Positions 38,716-51,015 of a stretch of DNA of 64,000 nucleotides are shown here, piece after piece; position 1 is the first letter of the stretch; each line of letters opens with the position of its first letter. The notes under the pieces were generated by a model. It searched no databases and had not been told where the DNA came from. It was given only the letters and a program-made list of their open reading frames with translations. This DNA comes from Lama guanicoe (taxonomy: Eukaryota): assembly GCA_013239625.1 (NCBI GenBank), contig MU055269.1:2968441-3032440 (forward strand), in the 5' to 3' direction. The position numbers were made by a program, and so were the translations under genes.

Positions 38716-40519
38716 CCACGTACACAGCGCTCGGTCTCCGGGCACCGTGCGGCCTTCATGTTCACTCCCCAGCTTAGCTCTCAGCTCACGCTGCTCCTCG
38801 TCGCAGAGCAGGAAAGTCCAAGACGTCTCTGCGAGCAGGAAAGCTGGGGTGCGGCTCCAGCGAGACGGGGCATAATCATCCACCAGCCTTTTCACGCTAT
38901 GGGTATTTCCTTTTCTCCTCATGGAAATAAAAACCCTGGAATATATTTTGATGAAAAGATACCGTGAGTTGACAGGACCCAAGTGATATTTATCTGACCA
39001 GTTCAACAAACAGCTCAATTAAGTTGAAGAGTCAAACATTTTTTGGCATTGCACCAATTTAAAAAAAAAAAAAAAGCTGTAACTGGTTGTGGCAGCGACG
39101 TCTGCCCAGCCTGGAACGCGCACAGGGAAGTGTTCACGTGGAATTTATCCTCAGCGCCATCTGGAAGACCTCCGCGAGATTTATTTCGGAGTTATAAAAA
39201 GAGGTGAGGCGCGTAACTCAGAAAGATGAGCTGTGCGTGTAGCTTCTCCCCCGCTGGGCGCTTTCCCTGCAAAGGACACGCTCTTCATTCTGGGGGAACT
39301 GCCAGTAGCTGGAAACAGCTGCTGGGCAAAGAGCTCCCTGTTCCCGAGGAGCATGGCTTCCTAGGGAGACCGCAGCAGGCGGCCGGCTGACCGCAGCGAG
39401 GCCCTTCCCCCCCCCCCCACCCCGTGCCCACAGCCGCCCTCAGGCCGCGCTGGCCGCGGGCGGCTCTCCTGACCCCGTCCCTACCGGCTAGCACCCGGGC
39501 AGCGCGGGGCAGCACGTGGGTGCGACTCCGATTTTACAGAAGGGGTGCCGATTCTCCCCGCTTCCCATCTGGCTGACGTCTGCGCCTTGCTGGGTGACTT
39601 CTGATCTGGGGACAGCCGATGATGTCAGATGTACTCTCCCACCGTGCAGGTGGCCGTGTAGCCGCGGGGGGGATGGGCGAGCTGGACGTGTGACACTCGC
39701 AGACACGGACAGACGCAAACACTGCTTCTCTCTCCTGATGACCTGTTAGCAGCAGCCACACGGTGCTAATAACCACGACCTATCATCCAGGGAGCAAGCG
39801 CTTCTCCAGCCACCTGAGAGACGGGGTGTCACACATGAGTTGTTTGCCCGGGGACGGGGGTGACAACGACTGTGAGAGGAAGGGTTCCCACACAGGGAGT
39901 GAGGACCCTGGCAGCAGGAAGGCGGGCGCCCCGCACGGGGTCCACATGCATCTGCTGCTGGGGACGCTACCACCTCGGAGCTTTGTCCCCAGAAGAGGGG
40001 CAGCTTCCAGCCACCGGCCAATGACAACGTCCCCTGCCTCCGCCCTCCCCGTGGACTCTGGATTCCTGCCACCCTGGTGCAGCCACAGTCACTCCCAGCC
40101 CCGCCCACCTGGGGCAGCAGGCGGAGAGCCACCCTCGACCTCCTGCCCTCAGCTCTCCTGCCGGTGCCCCCTCCCAGCAGACCCTAAAAAGGAGCCAAGT
40201 CGCAGAAACCAGGAGACGGACTTTGCCCAGCTCCAGCCAGCAGGGGGGGCAGGCCGGGGGTGGACACAGCCGACAAGTGAACTCGCACATGTTAAGCAAA
40301 CCTGGACCAGCCCCGCAGGTGATAGCGGCACAGATTCGATCTCCTTCCAGACTCAGAGCAGCCTACAAGCTGGCGCCACCACCATTCATTCTGAGTCGCC
40401 AAGGAACCAGCCCAGGGTCAGTGCGAGAGGCAGCGGTCAACGCTCCACGGCCAAAGCACACACCGGCTGCCTCGCCCCCATGGTTGTTCCTGTGTTTTTC
40501 AATTGAAACAGAACTTTCC

Positions 40520-40925
40520 ACTCACCACCCAGATCTTGGTTTCTCATAGTGTTCTCCAAGGGCTCCTGGGAGAAGCGGCCAAGCATAGGATGAGCTGGAG
40601 TGTCAGAAAACAGAGAAGTTCTGAAAAAACGCCAAGGTCTCGATGGCGGGGCAGTCAACGGGACAGGGGGGTCAAGCCAAAGAGCTGGAAGCGTTTGAGT
40701 AACAAAGTAAACAATGTATTGGATTGTAGCCTAAAATATATAGTAAGTATCCATGGCTCCATCCTGATAAAAATAAACGACTGACAGTAAACGGGTGGGA
40801 GAGGACAGGCAGGTCTGTGCGGAAGAGTCCCGGATAGTTTACGGAGGTGCTCCGCCCTCTGCGAGGTGGAGGACGGCTTCCTCACCCCGCACTCGAGTGG
40901 GGAGACTTGAGCAGTAGTGGCCATC
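40520..40925 (+). mobile_element. L1MC/L1MD-type 3' UTR fragment
   Basis: cacccagatcttggtttct; gtattggattgtagcctaaa...tatccatggctccatcctgata; ctccgccctctgcgaggtggag. Confidence 0.7.
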
Positions 40926-41559
40926 TGATGAAAAGGCACAAAAAGGGAGAGTTTTAGGAAGGTGAACAGCCGTCAGATGGGCACCGTGGGCGCTGCACCT
41001 GTCATGGGGAGCAGTCACTTTGGTCCAAGTGTTCTCAGTGAACAAGACTGAGGAATAGAAAGGCATTACCAAAGCTTCTGAAATGTGGAAATTTATGTTT
41101 CAAACTTAAGAAGGTTTTAAGAAGGAGGATGAGAAGGAGATGGAACAATGTAGCTGTTCTCTGCATGAGCGAAGCGTCGGAAAAGTGAAAATCAGGCACA
41201 GAGCTGAGTCTGTAATAGTTTCCTTTTAATCATTTTTTACAACAACAGACAGTCTCTTTGACTGGTTTTCCTTCCTCTTGCAATTGGTGGACTTTCCGGT
41301 GTAATGGGCACATGACTGACACGTTCCCCCAGCCATTTCCTCGTCCTGAGCTTCCAAATACGCTGATCTCCTAGCAGCCCCGTTACCCTGTGCGCGTGGA
41401 GCGAATTACTCATCGTTACAGAACTGACGGGAGGCAGAGCTCAGGAGGACACCCCTGAGCTTGAGACCTTCCTAGGGTGTGGGTTTTCCGCAAGTGAGTA
41501 CCTTGCTCCTGCCATTCTGATCAGTTCACACAGCATGGGATCGGGTGCCGTTACTCTGC

Positions 41560-42310
41560 CCGGCGTGAGCGCGGACACTCACCATTAAACAGGGTGAGCT
41601 AACTCTGCCCGAACATCAGCTTCATCGCATCCCCTCAAATAACAAGAGACTAAAGGTCCCAAAATGCCCCAAAGTTATTCTCCAAAGACCAGGTAGCCAA
41701 TGACTTAGCCCAGATCAATCACCATTGAAGGTCGCCTGTCCTGTTCGGCAATATTTGCTCGGTAACTAATAAAGATCAGCCTCCAGTTATTTATATTAGG
41801 TTCTCATCTCTCCAGGGTGAAGCTTAATCCATTTTGCAATGTTTTTCCCAACAAGACAACATGAGTTTCTCCGTCTGAAAATGAATTNNNNNNNNNNNNN
41901 NNNNNNNNNNNNNNNNNNNNNNNNNNNNNNNNNNNNNNNNNNNNNNNNNNNNNNNNNNNNNNNNNNNNNNNNNNNNNNNNNNNNNNNNNNNNNNNNNNNN
42001 NNNNNNNNNNNNNNNNNNNNNNNNNNNNNNNNNNNNNNNNNNNNNNNNNNNNNNNNNNNNNNNNNNNNNNNNNNNTTCAACATCTTATAGGTTTCCAATT
42101 CCGCAGCACAGAGAAAGCAAATTTATTGTAATACATTTAGCCGCTCTGGAAACGGGAGTATCCAGCCTGCTTCCTCCAAGACTATGGAAGGTATCAAATC
42201 GCATCTTAAAGGGATATTTATGAAGTGCTAGGTACTAATGATCACAATTGCAGATAGAGCTTCAAGTGTCTACCTATGAACAGGCCCATATAAGAGAGGG
42301 CGGGTGGCTG
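41560..42310. promoter_or_regulatory. Candidate CNE around N-run
   Basis: PBX consensus atcaatca 41714-41721, K50 site taatcc 41825-41830, ctaataaa, tttattg, tttatga, ctaatga. Confidence 0.7.
41888..42075. other. N-run, 188 bp
   Basis: Counted directly. Confidence 0.98.
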
Positions 42311-43067
42311 GGGAACACTCTGCTCAACGTATGAAAATTACGGAGCCATGAAAACAACCCCAGCATCTCCCCAGAGATAATCTACAGACTCGTGTTTTCC
42401 TAAGAGGGAAGAGGGGAAAAACCCTCCGTTCTTCTGTTGCGCCAGCAGATAAAGGGAAACCACGCCGTTCATATTTCCTCTCTGACATTAAAGAGAAGCG
42501 GTTGGACTGTCTGTGAAGGAGCGTGTGGTAGAGAGAAATCACGCCCTGACGCTCAGGAAAAGTGTCTGTGTTCCTGGCTGCAACCCGAACAAGATGTTCT
42601 GTGACTGGATAACAAGGACAGAATGTTCCGCTTTAAGTATTTGTGTTGCATCTTCTCAGCCACCAAACAAAACTTTCAAAACTGAAGAAATTGACTTGTC
42701 TCCGGCCAGGAGGTAAGAGTAATGGTAAGAAATCACAGAGGTGGCAGGACAGAGGCCATGAGCTCAGGAGCGTCCCAGCCGCAGAGCTGGTGTCTTCCCC
42801 AGGGTCCGATGTCAGGGCTGGGCAGCAGCCCGGGCGAGCGCCAGGCCTCCGCTCAGCCTGTGGGGGCCCAGCGCCACCTTCCAAACACGGGGGACCCGGG
42901 GCGCCTGGCCCCAAAGGCAGGTAGAGTCTAATTTCTCCCCAGGCAACAGGCATGGGGCCCCACTTTTAGGATTCTCCTGTGTTTGATGCTGAGCGATGCG
43001 GGGGTCCTAGCGGCTACAGAGAGTGAAAGGGCGGGGAGCAAGGAGGAGCGAGCCAGGCGTGGGCCGC

Positions 43068-43742
43068 GGGCGGGGGTGGGGGTCATGCCAGGCCCCTGGG
43101 CTGGGCAGGGATCCTCGTTGCCAGGGCGTGGGCCGCGGGTCCTTCTGACGGCCAGGCAGCAGCTCCCTTCCGGGGAAGCGGGACAGAGGCGGCGTGACCC
43201 CGGCCTGCAGACTTGGGGGGGGCCAGCAGGGCAGGGACAGAGGGAGACGCCTCGGGAATGAGCCAAGTGTGACAACCGCTACCAGGTCTGGATGCAGCAT
43301 CGGGGGCCTCGTGCCAAATGGAAGTGGCGCCCCGTGTTCAGAACTAGTGAGAGTTCAGAAACTTGGACAGCAGTGCTGGGTCTTCGTAAGCCCAGGACCC
43401 GACAGCCCGGCTTCAGGGCGGCAGTGCCTCCCCCTCGCAGATTGCCTTCCTGTGCGTCTGCTCCCGAGCACCCCGTCTGCAGGAGCGCAGTCCTGGATCA
43501 GGGCCACCCAAACCAGCAGGGACTCACTCTTTCACTCGCTCACACCTACAAAGACCCTGCTTCCAAACAAGACCGCAGTCCCAGGCGCTGGGATCAGGGC
43601 GTGGACAGACATCTGTGAGTGCAGGCCTACCAGGCAGGGGCCCTGGGGGGCGTCAGGGACAGCACGATCGTGCGCCAGTCCACCTGGGGGCAGGGGTGGG
43701 GGTCATGCCAGGCCCCTGGGCTGGGCAGGGATCCTCGTTGCC
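43068..43742 (+). repeat. 55-bp direct repeat pair (43068-43122 and 43688-43742)
   Basis: One mismatch; first copy flanked by 15-bp duplication ggcgtgggccgcggg. Confidence 0.95.
43490..43630 (-). mobile_element. MLT1 (MaLR) LTR fragment
   Basis: ggatcagggccaccc...acctacaaagaccctgcttccaaacaagaccgcagtcccaggcgctgggatcagg. Confidence 0.7.
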
Positions 43743-44044
43743 CTGAAGGCTGGTGCCAGGTCTGCAACGAGCTGCGCAGCAAAGCAAGTACGTTGCCAAC
43801 CCCCAGGAGCCAGCAGCGCCGGCACCCGGACGCTGCTAGACATGACCCGGTGTGGGGGCTCCAGGCAGGGACGGCCTCCCCCGACAGGTTCTGACACCAG
43901 CAGAGCTTCTGCTTTCGATGAGCACTGTGTGCTCTGCTTTGCCTGCTCCGCCCGAGCATGTGAGTCTAACTCCTCCCCAAGCACATCGCTTCGTGGCGGG
44001 AACCCACCCACTTTACATCTTCTCTTCCGTTCAAACGAGCGGTG

Positions 44045-44235
44045 CCGGCCAGCCACAAGCACCGAGGATGGCCAGCTCGGCTCCAGAAGCTGGACTGAGG
44101 TGGGGAAGGGCTCCTCTGCAGGCTCTGCGAGCACCTTGACTCTGACCCTGGCCTCCAGGACTGTGCGAAGCACATTCCTGTTGGTCCAAGCCCCTGCGCT
44201 GGCGGTGCTTTGTTTCGGCAGCTGTAAGGGCCCGA
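44045..44235 (+). mobile_element. MLT1 (MaLR) LTR fragment
   Basis: cagccacaagc...ccagaagctgga...caccttgactctgaccctggcctccaggactgtg...ctttgtttcggcagc. Confidence 0.75.
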
Positions 44236-45989
44236 CACGGCCACCCCCTTCCAGCACAGGCGTCGACAGCGAACCGCAGCTCGGCACGCTCAGAAAAGGG
44301 CGGCTGGCTGTGACTACACATCTCGGCGTCAGCTTGGCCCCGACCCGGGAGAAGCAGGTCCCGCTTCCGCCCCGAGGGGTTAGCTCTCAGTGGAGGGGAG
44401 ACACCCGCAGATGAAGGCGTGCCGAGTCACGTGGACGCACGGCGTGAGTTGATCCGATGGGGGGACCTCCTTGTGGAGTGCAGACAGACCCAGGCGCGTG
44501 CCCCTAAGCGACCAGTCCCGCAATGACACCATCACAGGTGACTGACGCACCCACTCCCACCACCGCCTCCCACGGTCTCCTCCACGTCTGCTCGCCACTG
44601 AGAGGCAGCACGTAAACGCAGGTGTTTTCCAGACTCGCGCTGAGAAGCCGCGGCTGTCATGTCTGAGGCCACCGGTTCCCGTGCAGCCGGAACCCAGCGG
44701 CCTGGGAGGGAGCTGCGGCGCTGCTGGCCCGCGACCCTTCCCCCGCGCCCGGCCCGCCTAGAGGAGCTGCGAGGCGCTGCGGCGGGGCAGCGACAGCCAA
44801 GCCAGGAGCGGCCCGTGACAGCCCGTGCTTCTTATCCAAACGCCAGCGGGTCTGAAACTGCTTGCAAGCCGCCGCGAGGTCTGCGTAAGTTTGGAGTACC
44901 CGCTGGTCGCCCCTGAGCGTGCGCTTGCACTCTTCCAGGCCGCAGGGACAAGGCCGCTTTGGGCTGACGCATCCCGGCAAAGAGTGAAACAGTGGAAGCG
45001 GTCCTCGCTCGGAAGGTCGCAGACAGCGCCCTTTGGGCCTGCAGCTCCCTCCGCCCTCTCCGCGGAAACCCCGAATCGCAGGTGCTGTCTGAGGCTTTAC
45101 CTTAATTAATACCTTATGTCACCGTCTCCATGAAAACAGTCACAGTGTAGCTCACGAGGTTTTTTTTCTTGCAACACTTACAAGGACCACATCCTTAACG
45201 GCCGCTCTGGCCCTGGGGGGCACGCGTACTGGCCGCAGTCGCTGTCGTTTTGAACACTTCGAACCGTGCCTCTTGCTCTCTCTCTGTCCTCACGGCAGAG
45301 CAGGCCGAGGGGGAAGCGGGCGGCGTCTCACACGGCGGCTGCGGGAGCCGCCTTTGTTCTCCTGACTAACGCGCAGCCTAATTCGTTCTCCCCTCCCTTC
45401 CCTGCTGGTGATTAGCACTAGAGGAGGTGGGCTGGCTTAGCTATTAATAGTCCAGGAGTAAACCTGAATCTCAGGAAAAACAACACACTGTGAGACGCAG
45501 TAAGACCCTGAGTCCTGTGCTCACTGTAAGAACGTACCGACGGACGGAAACGTCCCACTGTGTCGGACGGCGAGCAAGTGTGCTCCCCCAGCTGACGTTC
45601 ATGTGCGCCGCGCGCTGCGCGTACCCGCGCTGGAGTCTAACGGAGCTCATTTCTCCCAACCACACGGCGCACAGGAGAAGAGCTTCCCGTGACGTCCCCG
45701 AGCCATCCGGCGACAGTCTGCGTTCACACAAGTTGTTTTCGAGCTGCTCTCATTAACCGAAGAGCTGCCACCCAACCGTGGGGCTCAGCGCAAAGGAAAC
45801 CAATCTGCGCACCGGGAAGAGCCCGCCCTCGCCACGTCAACCAGCCCGCCAGGACGGCTTCCAGGAATCAAGGACGGGGACTGGCGGGACTTCGGCAGGT
45901 AGAGCATCGCGGGCGCAGCGCCTGGCCCGGGGGGCGTGTGACCCCTCCCCCCCGCACCCCGGGCGCCACAGCACACGGCACGTTGGCCG

Positions 45990-46165
45990 AGCCCGCCACG
46001 CTTTACTGTATTTCATCGCGGCGAACACTCACCCAGGCGACAATGAACCCCGTTTCCTCGATGTGCAAACTTAACCTCAGAGAGATGAAGTGACTCTTCA
46101 AGGTCACAGGATTAGGAACTGGTGGAATCGGAGTGAATCCAGGTCAGACCGCAAACCCGATGCCT
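45990..46165 (-). mobile_element. MIR fragment
   Basis: aaacttaacctcagagagatgaagtgactcttcaaggtcacag. Confidence 0.6.
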
Positions 46166-46594
46166 GTCACTTTCCTGAGCGTCCTGTGTGACAGCAGTCC
46201 TCACCTCAGACCCTGCTCATCTCCCTTCTCTCCATTTATTCTTCCTTAAAACGATGTAGAAACACGTACAGCTGAGACAGAATGAGAAGCTTCTGAGGTT
46301 AAGGACCGCGAGCCCGTGTGAACGGGCAGGGGCTCCAGCCCCATCTCGTCCCGCAGGGCAGCGTCTGCTGATCCGGCCACACCCTCCCTCTGCTGGTGAA
46401 GAGAACTTGCCTCGCACCCGCCATCACCACCTGGTCCTCCCCACCCCCACCAGCCCTGGCCGCTAGCCTGAGCTGTGCGCCCTGAAGTCCTGGGGGCTCC
46501 ATCAGGCCTGGGGGGCTGGGCGGGCCCAGGGCCCCTTTCTCACCTGACACTAGAGGCATGGCCTCTCTCCTGCGTCCGCTTTCAGCCCCTGTGT

Positions 46595-46800
46595 GGCCGG
46601 GCAATTCACAGCCTGCCACCTATGCCCCTTCTAAGCGCCCAGGTCAATGGTTTTGACTAAACTGACGTTGGAATTCAGTCACTGCCACACCTGAGCTAAG
46701 GACATACTCATCACCCCAAAAAGACACTTTGTGCCCATTCACCATCACTCCCCAGCCCGGCTGCTGCCCTAGACACTCGGTCACTGTGAAGAGCACACGG
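46595..46800 (-). mobile_element. L1M 3' end fragment
   Basis: tcatcaccccaaaaagacactttgtgcccattcaccatcactcccc. Confidence 0.65.
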
Positions 46801-47079
46801 TCCAAGCCCGCTGGGAGCCCTGAGTCGTGGGTGGGGTTGGGTCCCAACAAGGTGGGCTCTGACACCTGAAGGAATTCCAGCTGGACCCGGTTCGGGGACC
46901 CGCCCTGACTGGCGGTGGGGGAGGGAGTTCTGAGCCATCTTGGAGAGCGAGGACCCCAAGAGGCACCAGGGTGGCCGACTCATAGAAGCTCCGTTAATCT
47001 GATCCTAGGGGCCAGAAGTTCTTCAAATTACTCCGATCGCAGGGTCCTGGAGTCAGCGCCGTGTGACTCAGTTCCTTTT

Positions 47080-48310
47080 CTGTGTTTCATATAGTGATTT
47101 GCATAAAGACGATGCTTTTTGATGTCAAATAAACTTGGCTTTATGAAGATTCAAACAAAGATCTTTCCCTCGACTCTTATTTTGTCTCAATGTGAGAACC
47201 TCTTTAGACCACGCTTTGTTTTTCATATAAAGTTCCCAAGTTTATTAATTTAAATCTAAATTACAATAAACCACCATGAGCACGACACCTCCCCAAACCA
47301 ACACATNNNNNNNNNNNNNNNNNNNNNNNNNNNNNNNNNNNNNNNNNNNNNNNNNNNNNNNNNNNNNNNNNNNNNNNNNNNNNNNNNNNNNNNNNNNNNN
47401 NNNNNNNNNNNNNNNNNNNNNNNNNNNNNNNNNNNNNNTTCTCTGCATATTACAGACTGAGCTAACGGTCTGCTTGGGACGATCAGTCTTCAGCAGGAAG
47501 TGCTTTTGCTAACAGTCTTTTAATGTATTTATTAGTACTTCAATAATATTGAAGTAGTGCGCTGGCAATTTAGCTTAAATATTCCATTTCAATTAAACAT
47601 TTGACCTCTTCGAACTCTCTGGAATTCTCAAGTTAGGGACTGGTTTGTAATTACGCCATTTGTGGGTACAGTATAATATAATAACTCCAGAGTTTCATTG
47701 TTTTAGTGCCTAATGGAGATGTTCTGTATAATGAAAAATTCCCAACATATGAGTGCCGATTCCCTGGAGGGTGAGGACCAGTCACAATGTCACTCAAGGT
47801 CATGAGAGAAAAAGTTGGCGATAGCTGACGCACAGGCAAGAACTCAAGCTCAGCAAACTCGGGTTCTACTCTCGAGCTGGCCGCTGACACGCAGGGTCTC
47901 CTTAGGAAAGCCTTTCTCTCCTCCCGAGCGTCTTCTCTTCTGTGCAATGAGGTACTATTGCTTGATGCGTTTTACTCCCCAAAGCTCCTATGAGAGCAGA
48001 GTCATCTAAATTTCTATGTAAATGACTCTCTGCTAATTGGTGATAAGATAACTTTAGTAAAAACGTGGGATTATGACAGAATCTTTTATGGGAAGAATTA
48101 TCATGATTCTCATTTTTATTCTGAAAACAAAATGAAACTTCATAAAGGTTGTCATGGCAGATTTGCATTTATATTGGCTTTTAAAAGCCACAGTGGCAAC
48201 TAGTACCTATAAATAAATAGCACCGCCGTGCGTTTAAGCGCAGCGCTGTGAACGAGTAAGCGTGCGACAAAGTCTGCTGAACAAAAATGGCGGTTCTTAA
48301 TCATATGTTC
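47080..48310. promoter_or_regulatory. Candidate CNE cluster around N-run (MIR-like insert near 47850-47960)
   Basis: tttatga, ttattaattt, caattaaac, gtaattac, ctaattgg, attatgacag, ttttatgg, ttcataaa. Confidence 0.65.
47307..47438. other. N-run, 132 bp
   Basis: Counted directly. Confidence 0.98.
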
Positions 48311-48729
48311 TGCTTTCTCTTTCTAAAATATTATGTCGGTTTTCCATTAATGCTCGTTTACATCAGGCATGGGTCCGAAGCTGGGTGTCCTGGGGCAACG
48401 TGTCTCCCTGCTTGTGAGCCTGTGAAACTGGAAAACAAGCCGTCCACTCAAAACGCAGCGATGCGATGAGCTCTGTGTGCCAAGCACACACGTTTGGGTT
48501 CGAAAGGGGGAAAACGAGGCGGGGGGAGGAGTCCCAGGTCCCGGCAATCTCGAGGCGCGTTAGGTCGCGAGGCCTGGGGTCAGCTCTCCGCCCTGGCGGC
48601 TCCGCCCTTTGAGTCGTTTTTTCTCTTCTCAGCGAGGAGCGCGCTTGCTCTCCGCTGAGTACTTTTATTACTATGTTTCCTGTCTGTCGAATTTTGGGGA
48701 CATGACAGCCTTCTTTCTTTTCACACACT

Positions 48730-49600
48730 GTGTTCCTTTTGGCCCAAGTCAGCAGTTTCTGCTGATATAAAATCCTTGAGACTCCAGTAGGTCTCCCGTG
48801 TATGTCACAGGACTCGCAGAGTTAGAGCAGAGGGTCATCCACGGATGTCCCTACGTAATCCCGGCTCCATCCTTGGCTTTTGCTGGAACAGTGAGGGGCA
48901 AGGCAGGGAGCTTCCTCGACACCCTTGGTGTGATTGAAGGGGTCTCCAGGCCACACCCTTAATCTCTTCCAAGATCCTTATAGGTGACTGACTGCCCTGA
49001 CGTACTGATCCTTCTGAGGTCTTGACAGCAGGTTGTGTGGTCACGCCCTCAGCTTCCCCCTTAGAGCACACTCTCCTGTCAGTGAGCCTTTTATGTCAGT
49101 GTGTTTTGTTATCTGGATAGGCTGAGAATTTCCCAAAGCATCCTTGCATCAAGCAGTTCTTCCCTCGACTTATTTTTTTCTTCTTGCATTTTACTATCAG
49201 CAAAAAGGAGAAGCCAGGCTATACGCTCAACACTTTGCTTGGAAATCTCTTCAGATAAATGCCAAGCTTTATGGTCTACAAGTTCTGCCTGCACAGACCT
49301 GCAGGACACGGTTCCACTGAGTCCAGCCCTGGATGGGAGGCCCGCCCTCCGGCTCGCGGAGCTGCGCCTCACTTCCCCCTGAGCCCCGGCTCACGGCGCC
49401 CTCCTGTTCAGCTTCCGCAAGCCACCTGTGAGCCCTTCCTGGCCGCATCCTTACAGTGCGTCTGTGTACAAATAGTCTGCTCAACACATCGAGGCTGTTT
49501 CTGTTGTGCCCCAACGTCCTCCCAGCCCCACCAGCGTCCCATTCCAAACCCACTTCGTGTTTCAGGTGTTTGTCACAGCAGCACCTCACTTGCAAGCAAA
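48730..49600 (-). mobile_element. MaLR (MLT1-int) internal region relic
   Basis: ORF 49109-49372(-) HLSEEISKQSVERIAWLLLFADSKMQEEKN resembles MLT1-int YLAEEISKQSVEGVAWFLLTAYSKMREERN; internal 5' end motif near 49540-49595. Confidence 0.85.
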
Positions 49601-49789
49601 GGTCTTGAGTTACCACGTGAGTCGTCGGGGGCATGCAGGCACCTGCCCCCGGTATATGTGCATATATGTGTAATACTGTCGGTTTGTTCTGTTTCTCTGG
49701 AACATGTATCTTGGGAATGTAAGTACATGAATATATAAGGGGTTGCATTTTATACACTCGGGTCCCGTATACAGTTATGTATGGAATAT

Positions 49790-50080
49790 ACACACATAAG
49801 GGCACATAAACATAAGGGACTGGCTTATGTGATTGTGGGGGTCGTCCAGTGGAGACTCAGGAACCCACACAGGGGTCCTGAGGAGACCCCTTCTCCTCCA
49901 GGAAAACTCAGCCTTTGCTCTTAAGGAATTCCGCTGGTTGGATGAGGCCGCCCACACTGCTGAGGGTGAGCCACTTTACTTGGAGTCTGTGGACTGGAGG
50001 CTTAGCCACATCTACTAACGCCTTCACAGCAGCCCCGAGACCAGCACTGGGCTGAGTGGGCGGGGACTGGACCTGACACC
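49790..50080 (-). mobile_element. MLT2 (ERVL) LTR fragment
   Basis: ctggttggatgaggccgcccacactgctgagggtgagccactttact...ccttcacagcagccccgaga. Confidence 0.8.
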
Positions 50081-50709
50081 AGGGCGTCCCTCCTCTCCGT
50101 CCTGACTCTTGACAAGGCTCTGCGTCTCCAAAGGTCCCCAGCCCACGTTCCAGGCTTCGTTATTATACTTCCCAGGAGAAAAAGGGTCCCCTTTTCTGCA
50201 GCTCGTCCCTGCCCTCCCAGTCCTCCCACCCACTCCCACAGCCTCCAAACCTGAACCTCGTCTGCAAAGGCGGGGAAAGCCCATCACGCGCCAGCCGTGC
50301 TCGAAGGGGGGTCGTGTTGCACTTCGTCTGGATGCAAGATTGCGCCGAGCTCTCAAGGTGACCTGAGAGCGTGAGACGCTGCGGGGTAGCTGGGGGCCGT
50401 TGCCCAGTCCTACTGCCCATCAGATGGCCAGCCCCGCTCGGGAGTCAGGCCGGGCCCGGAGATGTCGGGGCCGCCGGGCAGAGCCACAGTCTGTCATCAG
50501 GGACCCCTGCTTTTCCTCGTGCTGTCTTCTTTTACTCCGGGGCTCCGTTTGGGTGAAACATTCGTATGTGGTCCAGTTACAGCAGATGCCTCACTCTGGC
50601 AAAGGGCTGATTCCCGTAAAAGCCCCACTTTCAACGTGCTGCCTGGTCTTAGCTTCAGCAGGTGCAAAACCAAGACTCAGCAGCCGCGTGGTGACTGCTT
50701 CACCCAGGG

Positions 50710-51015
50710 GGGCCTGGCCCTTATCACGGCTCCTGGCAGGTCACCGCTGCACCCTTGGAGTTTCCTGAGTTACACGGGGGTCTTTGTAACTCATGGGGTG
50801 GGGGGCTGGGGCCACACCTGCCTCTGTGTTAGTGTGGTGACCTGTGTGGGCTGGTCATGCCAGAACTAACCCTGGGGTGGCGTGGGGCTCACATCAGGTG
50901 ATACCAGCCCTACCTCAGGGAGGGGAGAGGCTGGGGATGGGTCAGAGCAAGCGGGCATCACTCGTCATCACGGCTGCGTAATGAAACCCCAATAAAGTCT
51001 CTGGACAGTGACTCG
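50710..51015 (+). mobile_element. MER21-like LTR fragment
   Basis: acccttggagtttcctgagt...gggagggggagaggctgg...cgtaatgaaaccccaataaa. Confidence 0.7.

Noticed and set aside
39140-39210. CTCF-like cagcgccatctgg and TATA-like tataaaaag as a promoter or insulator
   Set aside because: Imperfect single motifs that are frequent by chance; no supporting downstream exon
30167-40506. Other long ORFs (30167-30940, 32326-32940, 39763-40506)
   Set aside because: P/G/R/A/S-rich, no recognisable domains, no consistent strand or exon structure
43194-44414. Longest ORF (406 aa, plus strand)
   Set aside because: Runs through two oppositely oriented MLT1 LTR fragments and a local duplication; no domain similarity; expected by chance in stop-poor GC-rich DNA
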